Below the pieces are notes generated by a model. That model saw only the letters and a program-made list of their open reading frames with translations. It was not told where the DNA came from and made no database searches. This document shows positions 47,731 through 60,139 of a DNA stretch of 64,000 nucleotides, one piece after another (position 1 is the first letter of the stretch; the number at the start of each line of letters is the position of its first letter). Position numbers and translations under genes: made by a program. Origin of the DNA: Haliotis rufescens (lineage: Eukaryota); assembly GCF_023055435.1 (NCBI RefSeq), contig NW_025963779.1, positions 42,780,001 to 42,844,000 on the forward strand, written 5' to 3'.

Positions 47731-49651
47731 TCAAAACTTCCCCATGTAGCTCAATTTGTATTTGTGCACTCACACCATAATGTATTCATGCCTTCCGCTA
47801 TGTTATATATGTTATGCTTTTGAAAACCATAACTGCGATCACTACAACATCTGTATCTACTGTTCGTAACATGGCCATGGTGCTCCTTTGTGAAAAAAAC
47901 TGCCCTTTCCCCAGCTGCTGTACACACTTGACAGACTGCAGAAGCTCAGCACCTGCTATTTCTTACACACCCGTGGGTGAGAAACCCATTTGAGATAACT
48001 GGTATCAAACATATGTGTGAGATCGAATTCCAGGCCTGTGATTGGCTACTCCATGGTGATGACCTGAGGTCAGATGATGACGGACTACTCTCCTGAGTGT
48101 AAGTCATTCATAAGTTGCTCGTGCACAGTGAACAACAGGACCGTGTAATTAATAATAAAAATGAACAAACTCGTCCTCGTCTGCGAGTTTTTTTGGTATT
48201 ATTATCAGTTACATTATCTGTTGTTATGTCAACATTATCTTTTTTTAGAGTGTAAACCCCCTGGATGCCACCACATATGTCCCTCCTCTTCAACCCTCCC
48301 TTCGAAATCGAATAAAATTCAAAATACATCACGCAGACTCATACACTTCATGTGCACAGTTTTGAACTCCCCCTTCTGTTTATCATTTACTGTCATTTTA
48401 GGCAATTCAAAATTACTGAAAATGACTTCTGAAAAATTGGATACATTGTCAACCTCGCCAAATCACAATTCACGGCATTATACAAATATTTATTGTGTGT
48501 TTAGAATTCTAAATATCTGATATTTACTCGAATAATTAAAGTAGAAAAATAGCATATTAGCGATCACGTGTACAAAATCACTAATGATAATTCTGAAACG
48601 TCGCTGATAAGAAGAGAATCGTTTAGAATGTTTTGGAAAATACGCATACACGAATGCCGAAGTGTACGTTCCCCCATATTGGATTGGATTGTGTTTACAA
48701 AATGCTGGTTATGAGACGCCTATTCGATCAGGTATGTTTCAAACTCAGCTGCTATACATGCATCCCTGAATTCCTCATACATTTTCGAAACAATGGATAA
48801 ATGGTCTTTGTCACCAATGCAAATTATCTAGATGAAATCATGCGAAATAAATTAGGTATGGAAACGAAAACTGTGCTCGGAAATCTGTACTTGCTGAAAT
48901 GTAAACAAAGCAAAATTCAGATTTTACACTGTGTAGCATTTTTAGAGGTACTTTCGTCTAATTGTTGCATACATTGGCTCGATCACGCATTTGAGAATAT
49001 TCATGGGAAGAGTATCGTTGCTCTAATTATGGAATTACACATATATACATTACAATGATGTGGTAAATTCAACAGAAGCCGTAAAAGTTTCCGTCCTGTG
49101 TGACCCCATGACTGACGCTAAATCACGCACAACGATGACGGTAGTTATCTGCATTTCTGACTCATTCTCTTTGTTACATTGGAAAACATGGTTAACAAAT
49201 AACAGTACGCAGATTGTCAGAATGTTTCTGATTACTTACGTGAAACATTTATGTGTATAGGATCCCTCAATCAACGAAAATCCTCCTCTGGAAATTCCGC
49301 GTACTGTTGTCAGTGAACACACCATTTTGTTAAAGTCAGTCATCGGAAGGGATGTCATACGGAAGAAAACATTGTTGTACATATTTGGTAATTTCTTTGA
49401 GGTGTAAACTTTCAACTTGGCACCCAGCATGTTCTTTGTTTTTGTCTAGTTTGCATTTTCATCATCGCCTTGATAATCCACAGATATGACGGAAACTTTT
49501 TTGTGTAGGGTCACATTTATTATGAGAAGTAAGCAGCACATAGGATGACGTCACTTATGACAGCGGTGTTATGCGCTACTGCAATCATGAGAATAGAAAA
49601 AATTCATCGGTTCGATGCTAAAAAGGTGCGATTTTAGGGTGTGTAAGAAAC

Positions 49652-49799
49652 AGATTACTGCACTCGTGCCTGTCAGATACCATTGATCTTACAACTTGTT
49701 GTTAAAAAGTGTATCTAACTCGCTTTCGCTCGTTAGATACGTTTTGAAACAACTCGTTGTAAGATCAATGGTATCTGACAGACACTCGCGTAGTGATCT
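49652..49799 (-). repeat. About 148-nt imperfect palindrome (hairpin)
   Basis: Arms ...TGTCAGATACCATTGATCTTACAAC... and ...GTTGTAAGATCAATGGTATCTGACA...; 4-nt loop TTTC (GAAA on minus). Confidence 0.93.
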
Positions 49800-49829
49800 C
49801 TATTTATCTAGTATCAAGGACAAGCAAAT

Positions 49830-51780
49830 TCAGACTGTACACAAAGGGGTTTCTGAATTCTTGGATGACAGCTGCAAGGGAACAGACTTCCTTAGCAAAA
49901 TCTTTCTGTACACTGGCAGTCTGATCATGGTGGTGTTCCATTTTGTTTCCCCTTTTGATGTCAGGCATTCTCAAATTCTCCAATCACCCAAGACACCTCT
50001 GGTCCAGAAACCATCCAGAGCCTAAGAGCACTGCACCACCATCCCCCTTAACACAGGCATTATTGTGTCTGTCTGACAACTCACATATCTTTGAGATGAA
50101 CTGGTATCCAACGTGTGTAGTGAGTGTGATCCAAGGCAAAGAACCATGGAACAAGTTCTGTTGGCATATCCAAGTACATGGCAAAGTTTGCTTCTCGTAG
50201 TGAATGCACTTATGCCATAGGCATCACTTCCCTTTGTACACCAAGCATTAAGATCCAACGTAACATTCCCTTCTAGAGTAGTTGAGGTCACATATCTTCA
50301 ATATGCATTATGCTGTATACTATAGCCAGTGAAGTTGCTGTGATTTGATGAGCTTACTTGTGCGAATAACATGTGTCCTGCAGTTACAGCTGTGGCAATC
50401 TCTACTTGTATAAGTGCACGTGTCCTTCTACTTCCTGACAAATCAGTTTTTAAGGTTGACATTTCAATATGAAGACCCCCAAACGTAATGACTAATTTGT
50501 TTTCGGGATACTTCTCAGGCCATTTCCCCTGTTTTTCCAGGGCTAGAGCATACAAAGGCTGTTCAAATGTAATGATCCAAAACTGTCCTGAATTCAAATG
50601 CTCTACAACACTCTTCACAACATCCTTTGAGTGTTTGATGATTGACACTGTGTGAGCACTTTCCTGAAACAGTAGAAGAACTGATTGGGAAATGAAGTTA
50701 TCGTTGTTGTTGGCATGATATGCAGCCCAAGATACATTCATGTGTTTCATCTGTTGTCTTGATCATCCTTCTCGTGTGTCTGAGGAAACGGAAGGGACAT
50801 TTGTGTAGGAGTTTGTCAAATGCTTAACTGTCTTGGAACTAAAATGCCCGTTCATAGTGGTTATTGTACCATTATTGCCTTCACTTTCAACACTGCGGTG
50901 CTGACGCAGCGATATGCTAGTTCCATGAGATTAATCTTTGGCATTTGATGATCTTGGGTTATGATCAATATTGTCAATAGCAGCTGTGAAGACTTGACTT
51001 TGCATTGTCAGAGGGCATACTACATTATTTTCTTTCGAAGTGTTCACACACTCTGTAGCCAAAATCAGTTGAGATACAGAGTACTCTGTCTTAAGAGATG
51101 CCAAGATCATGTAACTTGTCGACCAACTCTCTTTTCCAAGTCTGACCATGATGCATCAATCCAATGTAAACAGAGACTGGGGTTTCCTTATGAAAGGTGT
51201 GTCTTGTGTAGGTTGCTGTTGTTGGTGCTGAGTGCCTGTGTCTGACACTGTTGTATTTAAGGAGCTGAGATATTGTAAGTATTGTTTGAGATGAAGATTC
51301 ATGACTTTCGTCTTGATTGCACCTTCCAGTATCATTCCAGTATCAAACTTGGGACATCAGCTGTGTGTTCTTCAGTATCCCGGCTGCAGAGAGCCACCAA
51401 ACACTTACTATGATATTTGGCTTCCAAGGCAACCATAAATTAGGGTCTTCAATTAGTGTTACACATTCTCGAACTCTTTTGTCTACTTCAAATGTTGATG
51501 TGGAACATGAGATCAGGCAGGAATCTGCATGTTTTATGCTACTTTGCTTTTTTGGCAGTCAGAGTTGTCTCAACACTTGACCCATAATCTATTTGCTAGC
51601 TAACTGTAAGCTTTTTACACCTCCAAATTAACAATACCGGTAAGATTATCAGCAAACGACATATATCCACTTCCGATATCTCACCTTTTTACCTGTGCTG
51701 GACACGGGAGACATTCACGTTTCTGTCCTTGGCAGATGATACAGTTCCCAGACTACATAATTGGATGATGAGAAATTATC
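49830..51780 (-). pseudogene. Large DNA-transposon ORF remnant, probably Academ-like
   Basis: CIICQ N-terminus, AIDNIDHNP, HGTSISLRQH, SWAAYHA, TFEQPLYALA and FGGLHIEM. Superfamily assignment is from recalled motifs. Confidence 0.6.
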
Positions 51781-53830
51781 TGATTTAGATGTGTCAATAA
51801 CTTGAATTTAGACGTGTTTGGTTATGGTGGAGTGATACTCAGTTGAAAAGAAATGAATGCTCCCTTGTGGAAGACAAATCTGGATTATCTCCCTGCCCTG
51901 AGAAATGAAGTTACAGAATAATCACTTGAATTTTAAAAGATTTTACTTTTGTTTTATTGTGCTAGAGTTCTTTTGCTACACATTACTATTCATTTTCAGT
52001 TAATATTGATCAGACAAAACCCAAGTATACATACCTTCTGTCACAGAGTTCCATTTTCCAAAAATCCCTCTGATGGCGACAATTTTGAATAGAGGGGGTG
52101 TTCATTGTTTTTAAATGTTATTTATTAGTAAATAATTATGTATTTCTTCTCTTTGTATGTCCTTGTAAATGGTTAACTATGAATTTATTTGTGTTTATTG
52201 ATTGACTTTACTGATTCCTTGAGGTGAAACGTTGAAATTATAACATCATTGTTTAATCTATACTGCGCATGCGCTTACAGTCAAAAGTTTAGGTGCTTCC
52301 ATATCTGAAATTGTTTTAGACATGTTCTTCTATATGATGACAAGTTTTGGCGCTTTTATCATTAAATGCACATTTCTTATGGAAACCTGATCTTAGCTGT
52401 TTCACTACTTGCCTTTGGAAGATGCAACCAGTGAACTATGACTCTTATTTATTGCTGTCAGTTTTTGACAATTCTCAGTATGACGAGTTACTTATGTTAT
52501 CTGTCATTAAAATAGCTGTTGAGAATAACTACACTGTATCTGCAGTTAGTGGTAAGCTCATTGTGATGATTATCATGTTGAGCTAGTTACATCCATTAGG
52601 ATGTTCTTATTAGGTTATTGATGCCTTTTGACATTAAAACGGTTTGTTTGGTTGAAATATTTTTGACAATAACACGAGACTTACCTGTAAATTGAAATTT
52701 GGTTAAGTATGCCTGAAACATAACTTCCGGTGGCGCTGCGCTCATGAGTGGTCGGTAAAAAATAGTTCTCCCGCAATCCAGTGAAATCCTAAGAAAATGG
52801 CCAGTAATAAGAAAGGAAATAAAACTAAACAGGATACAGAAGCTCAATTGAAAGGTTTAGGCAACTTTTTCGTGACCAGAGCAAGGGCCAATGTGGAAAG
52901 TACGGAGTAAACCTCGACCCCCAGCAAGCAAGGATTGACAGAGCGAGCCTCGATGCAACAATATGAACTGAACATGTTGATAAACAATAACATGTGAGAT
53001 ATTATAGGCTGACGGAGCATGGAGCTCATATACTGGATGTTATTAACTGAAACTGCACAGCTGTAAGTGTTACCCTTCCTGCATGGTGACTTACCGACGT
53101 GTACGGTTATAAACTAAAAAATAATGTGAACTTTACATGCTATAGTTAAGTTACTGATACATTACTAAATATAGAGATATACTTGAAAATATAAATATAA
53201 ACTTATAGAGTTGTCATAGCGACTGATTTACGACACCCATTGTCTGAAGAACATTTAATTGCAAAGGCTCATTACCCTGGAGCCATGACATCTATATGCC
53301 TGTGTCCAGATGACAAGGAAAACTTTTTGTTGCATACATCTGTACACGTGATTGCTGTTCCACACTTACAACACTAGATCATCTCAAGCTTCACTAAAGA
53401 CAAGCAGTGAGCAGTTCTACAAGCAGAGAACAAGGGGGTATAAGAAGTCAGAAGTCTCTAGTAAGTAATTATTTAGAAAAGTGTTGTGGGATGAGGACTT
53501 CATCCCCAAAACAGACACCCGTCTGTTCAGCTTGTGGGCAACATCAAATCACTGGTCACCCTCACCCTATGTGCATATGGTGCAAAAGGGAACCGATGTA
53601 CCTTTCGGGTTTTAACGTAACCAGTCACGTCAGCGTCAGCAAATATTCATCTGCTTCATGTAAGAAAGTGATTAAGTCCGTTGTGACTACTAAAGATAAT
53701 CACGTGGGTAACAAGCGAGTGTCGCGCGAGGACGCCGACTCGCCTTATGAGGAGAAGAGATCTCGTCGCTCATCCCACTCTCCCAATATAGTTAAGGAGC
53801 CGATGTACCTTTCAGACTTTAATGTAGCCT

Positions 53831-54598
53831 GTCACGTGCATCCGGCAGCAATTGGTAAGGTGGATCATCTAGGCTTGGAAGAAGCAACTGATCTCCACTC
53901 TATGCCACGCTCCCCCTTTAACTTAAATGAGTTTGGAAAAAAACAATGTCTGTAATGATTGATAAATGTATGCAATCAATGTCTCAGGAAATCTCATATC
54001 TAAAAGAATCCGTCGCACAATCCCGGCATGGCCAAACAGGGCTTGATCACGAGATTCAAAAGATATCTAAGGCTGAAAAGAGTCACGTGCATCCTGCAGC
54101 GAATGGTAAGGTGGATCATCTAGGCTTGGAAGAAGCAACTGATCTCCACTCTATGCCACGCTCCCTCTTTAACTTAAATGAGTTCGGAGAAAATAACCAA
54201 TTCAATGTCTGTAATGATTGATAAACGCATGCAATCAAGGTCTCATGAAATCTCATATCTAAAAAGAATCTGTCGCACAACCCCGGCATGGCCAAACAGG
54301 GCTTGATCACGAGATTCAAAAGATATCTAAGGCTGAAAAGAGTCACGTGCATCCTGCAGCGAATGGTAAGGTGGATCATCTAGGCTTGGAAGAAGCAACT
54401 GATCTCCACTCTATGCCACGCTCCCTCTTTAACTTAAATGAGTTCGGAGAAAATAACCAATTCAATGTCTGTAATGATTGATAAACGCATGCAATCAAGG
54501 TCTCATGAAATCTCATATCTAAAAAGAATCTGTCGCACAACCCCGGCATGGCCAAACAGGGATTGATCACGAGATTCAAAAAGAGATCTAGGGCTGAA
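53831..54598 (+). repeat. Tandem triplication, units of about 251-260 bp, inside DIRS-B gag
   Basis: Units start GTCACGTGCATCC at 53831, 54082 and 54342; units 2 and 3 nearly identical. Confidence 0.95.
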
Positions 54599-56116
54599 TA
54601 TGGCAGAACACCCTCATACAGCAGACATGCACAAGGTCACACTGAATCAGATTATTATGAGGACAGTAGGGGAGTCATAAAAAGATATCAAGAATCTCAT
54701 AGATTACCTCCCTACCACGCACACCATAGGGTAGATCGTCAAACAGGGGCATCGCATCGCAGTATGCACAGAAATACACACCAGTCACCCTCTAGCCACT
54801 ATGATAGACGAACTGACAAAGCTCGTGCAAATCAGGATAGAATTCCTAAGCATGCGCCATCTCATACTGCCACACAGTCCAGTTATATGGGCGGAGAAAG
54901 CGAGGGAGATGTTACGTCACAATCATACAGTTATAGAACATGTGATTCCCACACTGCTAGCTGTAGATCAGACGATAGGGATTACGCTACCCTCAGCCAT
55001 ATGACCCACTCCCAGCGCAGCCTGAGTAGGGGATGTGGATCTATAGCTAACACTGGTTCTTCATGCAATGGGGACTCTACTACGGAGGATAATTATAGAC
55101 CAAATAATTATTCCATTAAAGATATCATTGCAGAACTTCATAATCTAATGCCTGCCTTAAAACCAGATAACAAGGACAAAACGCCCGTTAAACCCTTGTT
55201 GGAACGTGCTGGGTATGAAGAACCTGTCAGTAAGACTGAAGAATTCCATACCCTCCCCTGTCCGTCATATATTGATGACGTAATCAAGAAAATTGAAGAT
55301 TCATTGAATGCTTCATCGGCACATAATGTTAGACTGGGTATGCCTGCCATTAATAAGAGTGCTTACAGGACACACGATGCCCCCTTCGCACAACATCCGA
55401 GCATTGATGAAGATTTCTATGATCTGGTTAAAAAACCTAACACCAAAATGCACGTTGACATGGCCAAAGTCAGGGACTTAGATTACATCAACCAACAGAT
55501 GATTAATATCAGTTCATACATTAACTGGATTGCAGCTGGAGTTTGCCACGTCATACCCCTGAACAACCAGAGCGAAGGTCTACCCTTAGACACCCCCACG
55601 GAGATGACACTACAGCAGACCAGATTCATTCACAGCTCACTGGACCACATACTGAAGATGCCGGAAGATCTTCAATCAGCACAAGTTTGGATGTCAGCAC
55701 AGTTCCTGCTCATGCAAAGAAAACATCTACTACAGCAAGTTCATCATATGATCCCAGAGCCACTAAGAAGATCCATGCTGTCACAGCCTATTACAGCATC
55801 GCAGATATTCAACGGCAGACTGAAGGAAGCCATTGCATCGTCAACTAGCCAGAAGTTTCAAGAATCCACCATCTCGTTGGCATCCAGGATACAGAGACGG
55901 CCTGCAGATATTCAGCATCAACAACAGAATCCTAGATCTCGTCATGTGAATCCTGGCCGGGATTCTTTTCGAGCCTCTACATGGAAGAACAGATCGTTTC
56001 AACCCAAGTACAGGAACTCCAAAGATGATCATCCCACTTCGCAGAGAGGACGAAGCAGAGGCAGAGGCAGAGGCAGAGGCAGAGGCAGTCTCCGAAGGGG
56101 ATACCACCGGAAATGA
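54548..56116 (+). CDS. DIRS-B Gag-like ORF1 (C-terminal open part)
   Basis: 522-aa frame upstream of RT, Ser/Arg-rich, with IFNG and a C-terminal RG repeat. The N-terminal CSAC...HPMCIWC lies in 53407-53955. Confidence 0.75.
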   Translation: MAKQGLITRFKKRSRAEYGRTPSYSRHAQGHTESDYYEDSRGVIKRYQESHRLPPYHAHHRVDRQTGASHRSMHRNTHQSPSSHYDRRTDKARANQDRIPKHAPSHTATQSSYMGGESEGDVTSQSYSYRTCDSHTASCRSDDRDYATLSHMTHSQRSLSRGCGSIANTGSSCNGDSTTEDNYRPNNYSIKDIIAELHNLMPALKPDNKDKTPVKPLLERAGYEEPVSKTEEFHTLPCPSYIDDVIKKIEDSLNASSAHNVRLGMPAINKSAYRTHDAPFAQHPSIDEDFYDLVKKPNTKMHVDMAKVRDLDYINQQMINISSYINWIAAGVCHVIPLNNQSEGLPLDTPTEMTLQQTRFIHSSLDHILKMPEDLQSAQVWMSAQFLLMQRKHLLQQVHHMIPEPLRRSMLSQPITASQIFNGRLKEAIASSTSQKFQESTISLASRIQRRPADIQHQQQNPRSRHVNPGRDSFRASTWKNRSFQPKYRNSKDDHPTSQRGRSRGRGRGRGRGSLRRGYHRK

Positions 56117-56324
56117 CTCAACCAGAAATCTACAGACCCCTTCAGATCCTACCGACATCACCTGCCCAATGGACAACGATTTAGAACTACAGAAGATCAA
56201 AGATACAACCACATTGAATCCAGTCGAACTAGCCGGTCTCACAGACATCGACCCAAGTTCAGCATTCATCCGATCATGGGACCAGTACACAGACAACTGG
56301 AAGACCATCACAGACGACTAATGG

Positions 56325-58080
56325 TTGCTTGAAGTAGTAAGAAAAGGATACAAACTTCACTTCTCAAAACGACCAAGACTAGTCACCCACCCTAACGAAC
56401 CCCGATTCCAGCTATCAGAACCGAAGTCTATTGCAGCAGAAGTGGCCATACAAAAACTACTTGCAAAAGGAGCTATCAGCACCCTAAAGGAGTCAGACAC
56501 CACTCACAGATTCTACTCCCCAGTATTCCTGGTACCGAAGAAGAATTCTTCAGAGATGCGATTAATCATAGACCTAAAAGTCCTGAACAAAGATTATCTG
56601 GAAAAACCACCCAGTTTTCAGATGGAATCTATCAAGAAGTTGAAGAATGCCTTAAGACAAGCAGTTTGGATGATAAGCATAGACCTCCAAGACGCCTACC
56701 TTCACGTCCCTATCCATCCAAGTCATTGTCGGTACCTATGCTTTGCAGTCAACGGTCAGAGATACCAGTTCAGGGTACTACCATTTGGCATATCCATCGC
56801 CCCATGGCTATTCACCAGGATCACCAATCCCATCATTGGATTCGCCCATATAAAGCTCATAAGGCTACACGGATACATAGACGATTTCCTATCGGCCGAT
56901 CAGGACAAATCTCAAATCAGATTAAATACAGTGTGCCTCATCAAACTACTAACACACTTAGGATTCCTGGTTAACACTAAAAAATCAGAGCTAGTACCAA
57001 CACAGGACATCACCTACATAGGCGCAAGATTTCTACTCATCAATGGCATAGTGGCACCTCCAGAGGACAGATATGCAAGAGTAGAACACATGATAACAAG
57101 CGCACTCGATCAGCCCATCAAATCAAGATGCTGGTGGATGTCTTGCCTAGGCACGCTCACATCTATCGAAGCCCTAACCTACAGAGGCAGACTACAATTA
57201 CGGCCCCTGCAGACTTGGATGAATACCACCAAAAAACCTAGAGCTGGAAGCCTTAATCCAACCTCCACAAGTTCGAATCTCAGAACTTCATTGGTGGCTG
57301 ACTCGTCAAAATGTCATGCCAGGTATTCCACTCGCATACCCCACCCCCTACATCAACTCTACACAGATGCATCAGGAGATGGTTGGGGTGCCCATATGGA
57401 TGATGTTACCATACAGGGAAAATTGTCCTCCCAAGAAAAGGAGTTACACATCAATTGTCTAGAAATGAGAGTGATATATCTAGCCTTAGAAGCATGGCAA
57501 GATCATCTACACCACTCGTCAGTGAAGATCACTACAGACAACTTGACCATGGTCGCTTACATACAGCACCAAGGGGGCACAAAGTCTCAGCCTTTATTGA
57601 AGGAGGTTACACGTTTATATGCCTTGCTAGACTCAGTGAGTTGCAGAAGCGAAGCAAGACATATGCCGGGCAAGCTTAATATCCTAGCAGATTACCTATC
57701 CCGGAAAAACGAGATAGTACCCATGGAATGGTCACTACATCCCGAAATATTCAAGTGGATAACCCACCTATGGGATACTCCAAACCTAGATCTATTCGCC
57801 ACATGTCTCAACAACAAACTACCAGTCTACGTCAGCCCTGTACCAGACCCGCTAGCTCTCCAGGTCGACGCTCTCTCTATGGAATGGGAGGGAATGTTTG
57901 CGTACGCCTTTCCCCCATGGGCTCTCCTAGACAGAGTACTGAAGAAAATAGAGGAGACAGACTGTGTCATAATCCTCATAGCCCCAGCATGGCCAAACAG
58001 GGCTTGGTTTCCAAGGTTACTACACCTCCTAGTGGAAGAACCTCTGAAACTCCCAGTACGTCACGACCTACTGAGAAAAC
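56325..58080 (+). pseudogene. DIRS-B RT-RNase H-adenine methyltransferase-like
   Basis: FYSPVFLVPKK, IDLQDAYLHVP, LPFG, YIDD; YTDAS, HINCLE, TDN, ADYLSR; DLFA and AYAFPP. In-frame stop upstream at about 56320. Confidence 0.92.
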
Positions 58081-59147
58081 CTTCATGCGTGGAAGTTATC
58101 TCGAATAAGATGCAAGCTGCCGGTTACTCTAAATCAGCTGCACGAAGAGTGGCAAGCTCATGGAGACCAGCATCATCTGCCCTTTACAATAACAGATGGG
58201 ACAAGTTCGTCGAGTGGAAAATAAGAAATTATTTAGACATGGAGATAACGATACCTATTGTTGCTGAATTCTTGCTCTATCTCAGAAACGATAAGAGATT
58301 ACGACATGGCACTATCGAAGGCTATAGATCAGCCCTGGCATCAGTATTACAACACGATGGCCTATGTATAGGTACACACCCAGTACTGAATCGACTCATG
58401 AAGTCCTTTGCACTGGAAGACATTAAAGTACAACGTACATTCCCAAAATGGGATCTATCTATAGTATTGTCAGCATTGAAAGCACCATATGAACCCATGA
58501 GTAGTGCGACATTAATATTAGTCTCCAGGAAGACTGCTTTTCTCCTAGCCATGGCTACGGCGGCTCGTGTATCAGAATTACACGTTATTGACATTTCCAC
58601 TGTAACTCATACATAAGAATGGAAATAAGTGTCGTTCAGATCGCTCCCAGAATTTATTGCCAAAAACCAGTCGTCAACCTTCGGCCCACTCGGACACAGG
58701 CAATATACAATACCAGCCTTAAGTAAAAGTGTGGACTATCCGGACAGATTACTTTGTCCCATAAGAGCCTTGAGATACTTCATTACAGCAACTCAACCCC
58801 ACAGAAAGCAGAGAAAACGCCTTTTTATCTCTTGCAAGCCCTCGTCAGAAAAGGACATAACCAAGGGTAATGTAGCGGGATGGCTCAGATCGGTTATCGC
58901 AGATAGCTATAAACTGGCACAAGTCTCCATGCCAACTTGGGGAAACTGCAGGCCTCACGAGATCAGAGCCCTTGCAACAAGTCTAGCCACATGGAATACA
59001 GTATCCATTGAACAAGTCGTAGCAAGCTGCCAGTGGAAGTCCCATAACACGTTCTCAAACTTTTACTTGCTAGACATACAGACCAATCTGGATGGACTAT
59101 ACACACTGGGACCCTTGGTGGCAGCCCAGGTGATAGTCTCCAAGTAA
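58081..59147 (+). pseudogene. DIRS-B tyrosine recombinase, two in-frame stops at about 58614-58628
   Basis: TIEGYRSAL, ARVSEL, LCPIRAL, RPHEIRA and WKSHNTFSNFYL (R..HxxR..W..Y). Confidence 0.92.
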
Positions 59148-60139
59148 CCTTGTTCCCCCCCCTCTTCCAGAAAGGGGAAAAAGAGGGGTGGGGGGTTGGG
59201 GTGTGTGTGTGTGTGTGAAGATTTCAGAATACCTCATGAACTCAGGGTAAGTTGACCTTTGTACTGGGTTTTACTATTGAATTAGTAAACAAGGCAAGTG
59301 GCAACACTGAAATCAGAGATCGAAGGATTACCGGTTAGTAAGTGATATACGGTATCTACATGATAATCTAGGATGTATCAATGTACTACCACAATGTGGG
59401 CATGGAATGACAACCGGAAGTGATGTCACAGAAGACGTCATCACCGGAAGTGACGTCATAATATGTCTAAGTATCACAGTGGTGGATATATACACGGATA
59501 TTATACCCATTAAATGACGTTTGAAATCTTTATATCTAGTCTTGTAAGTAGACTATTAGACATATTCCGTTTGAGACCCTTTTGGCATACAATCCTTGGG
59601 TTACCACTTCACAAAGCCAAATATCTAAGGGATGCTAGATACCAGAACCCACCGGTCCCTCTGGTGTATACTGGCAATGATGTAATAGAGGTAGGGTGTT
59701 CACAAGAATTATCAAACAATAGTTTATCATTGTGAATAATTCTATGAATACTACCTCTATTACATAAGGAAGTAATCCCTCCCACCTCCCCAAATATCTG
59801 CATCTAGTTGATGAGGAAAATGGGTTGAAAGAAGTGAGGAGATTCCCACCTTGCGCATGCGAGGTGGCGCCCCTGGCAAGGGATAGGGTTTCCCTGACAA
59901 CTATTAGATATGTTGGCAGTGAAGAGGACGTCTGTTGAAAATTTATAAAAATTTGTAGTGTGGTTCTCAGCATAAACAGGAATTTATGGCAATGATGTAA
60001 TAGAGGTAGTATTCTTAGAATTATTCACAATGATAAACTATTGTTTGATATCTACATGTATAAAGCTTTGTAGGGAAATCTAAATTCGACCACAAAATAT
60101 TTAATTTTAGTTTCATATTCTTTGGCTTAACCTTATATT

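Larger units (their letters stand above)
34579..47801 (+). mobile_element. Penelope-like element (PLE-1) with inverted pseudo-LTR, interrupted by a MITE and gypsy-3
   Basis: 34579-34669 is the reverse complement of 47711-47801; RT and GIY-YIG remnants at 45500-47730. Confidence 0.85.
53407..60050 (+). mobile_element. DIRS1-type retrotransposon (DIRS-B), left terminus not found
   Basis: gag, RT-RNase H-MTase and tyrosine recombinase; ICR 59672-59765 complementary to the right end 59995-60050. Confidence 0.92.

Noticed and set aside
47880-49260. Short ORFs and possible further host exons
   Set aside because: No recognisable motifs and no ARM-like frame bounded by convincing splice sites
49260-49470. 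Crypton-like recombinase N-terminal remnant beside the hairpin
   Set aside because: Only a few suggestive residues and no catalytic motifs; cannot be supported
52205-52240. Hammerhead-like CTGA...GAAACG
   Set aside because: CUGAnGA core incomplete and no supporting stems
53831-54598. CRISPR-like array (also 4-70)
   Set aside because: Contiguous tandem units without unique spacers, no cas genes, eukaryotic context
56025-56321. EAEAEA-repeat protein
   Set aside because: Alternate frame of the (GGCAGA)n repeat encoding the Gag RG tract, in the gag/pol overlap of DIRS-B
56325-58616. 763-aa RT-RNase H-MTase-recombinase 'fusion protein'
   Set aside because: The pol tail NLHAWKLS sits in another frame right at about 58078, so a small deletion has shifted pol into the overlapping YR frame. 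This is decay, not a new architecture
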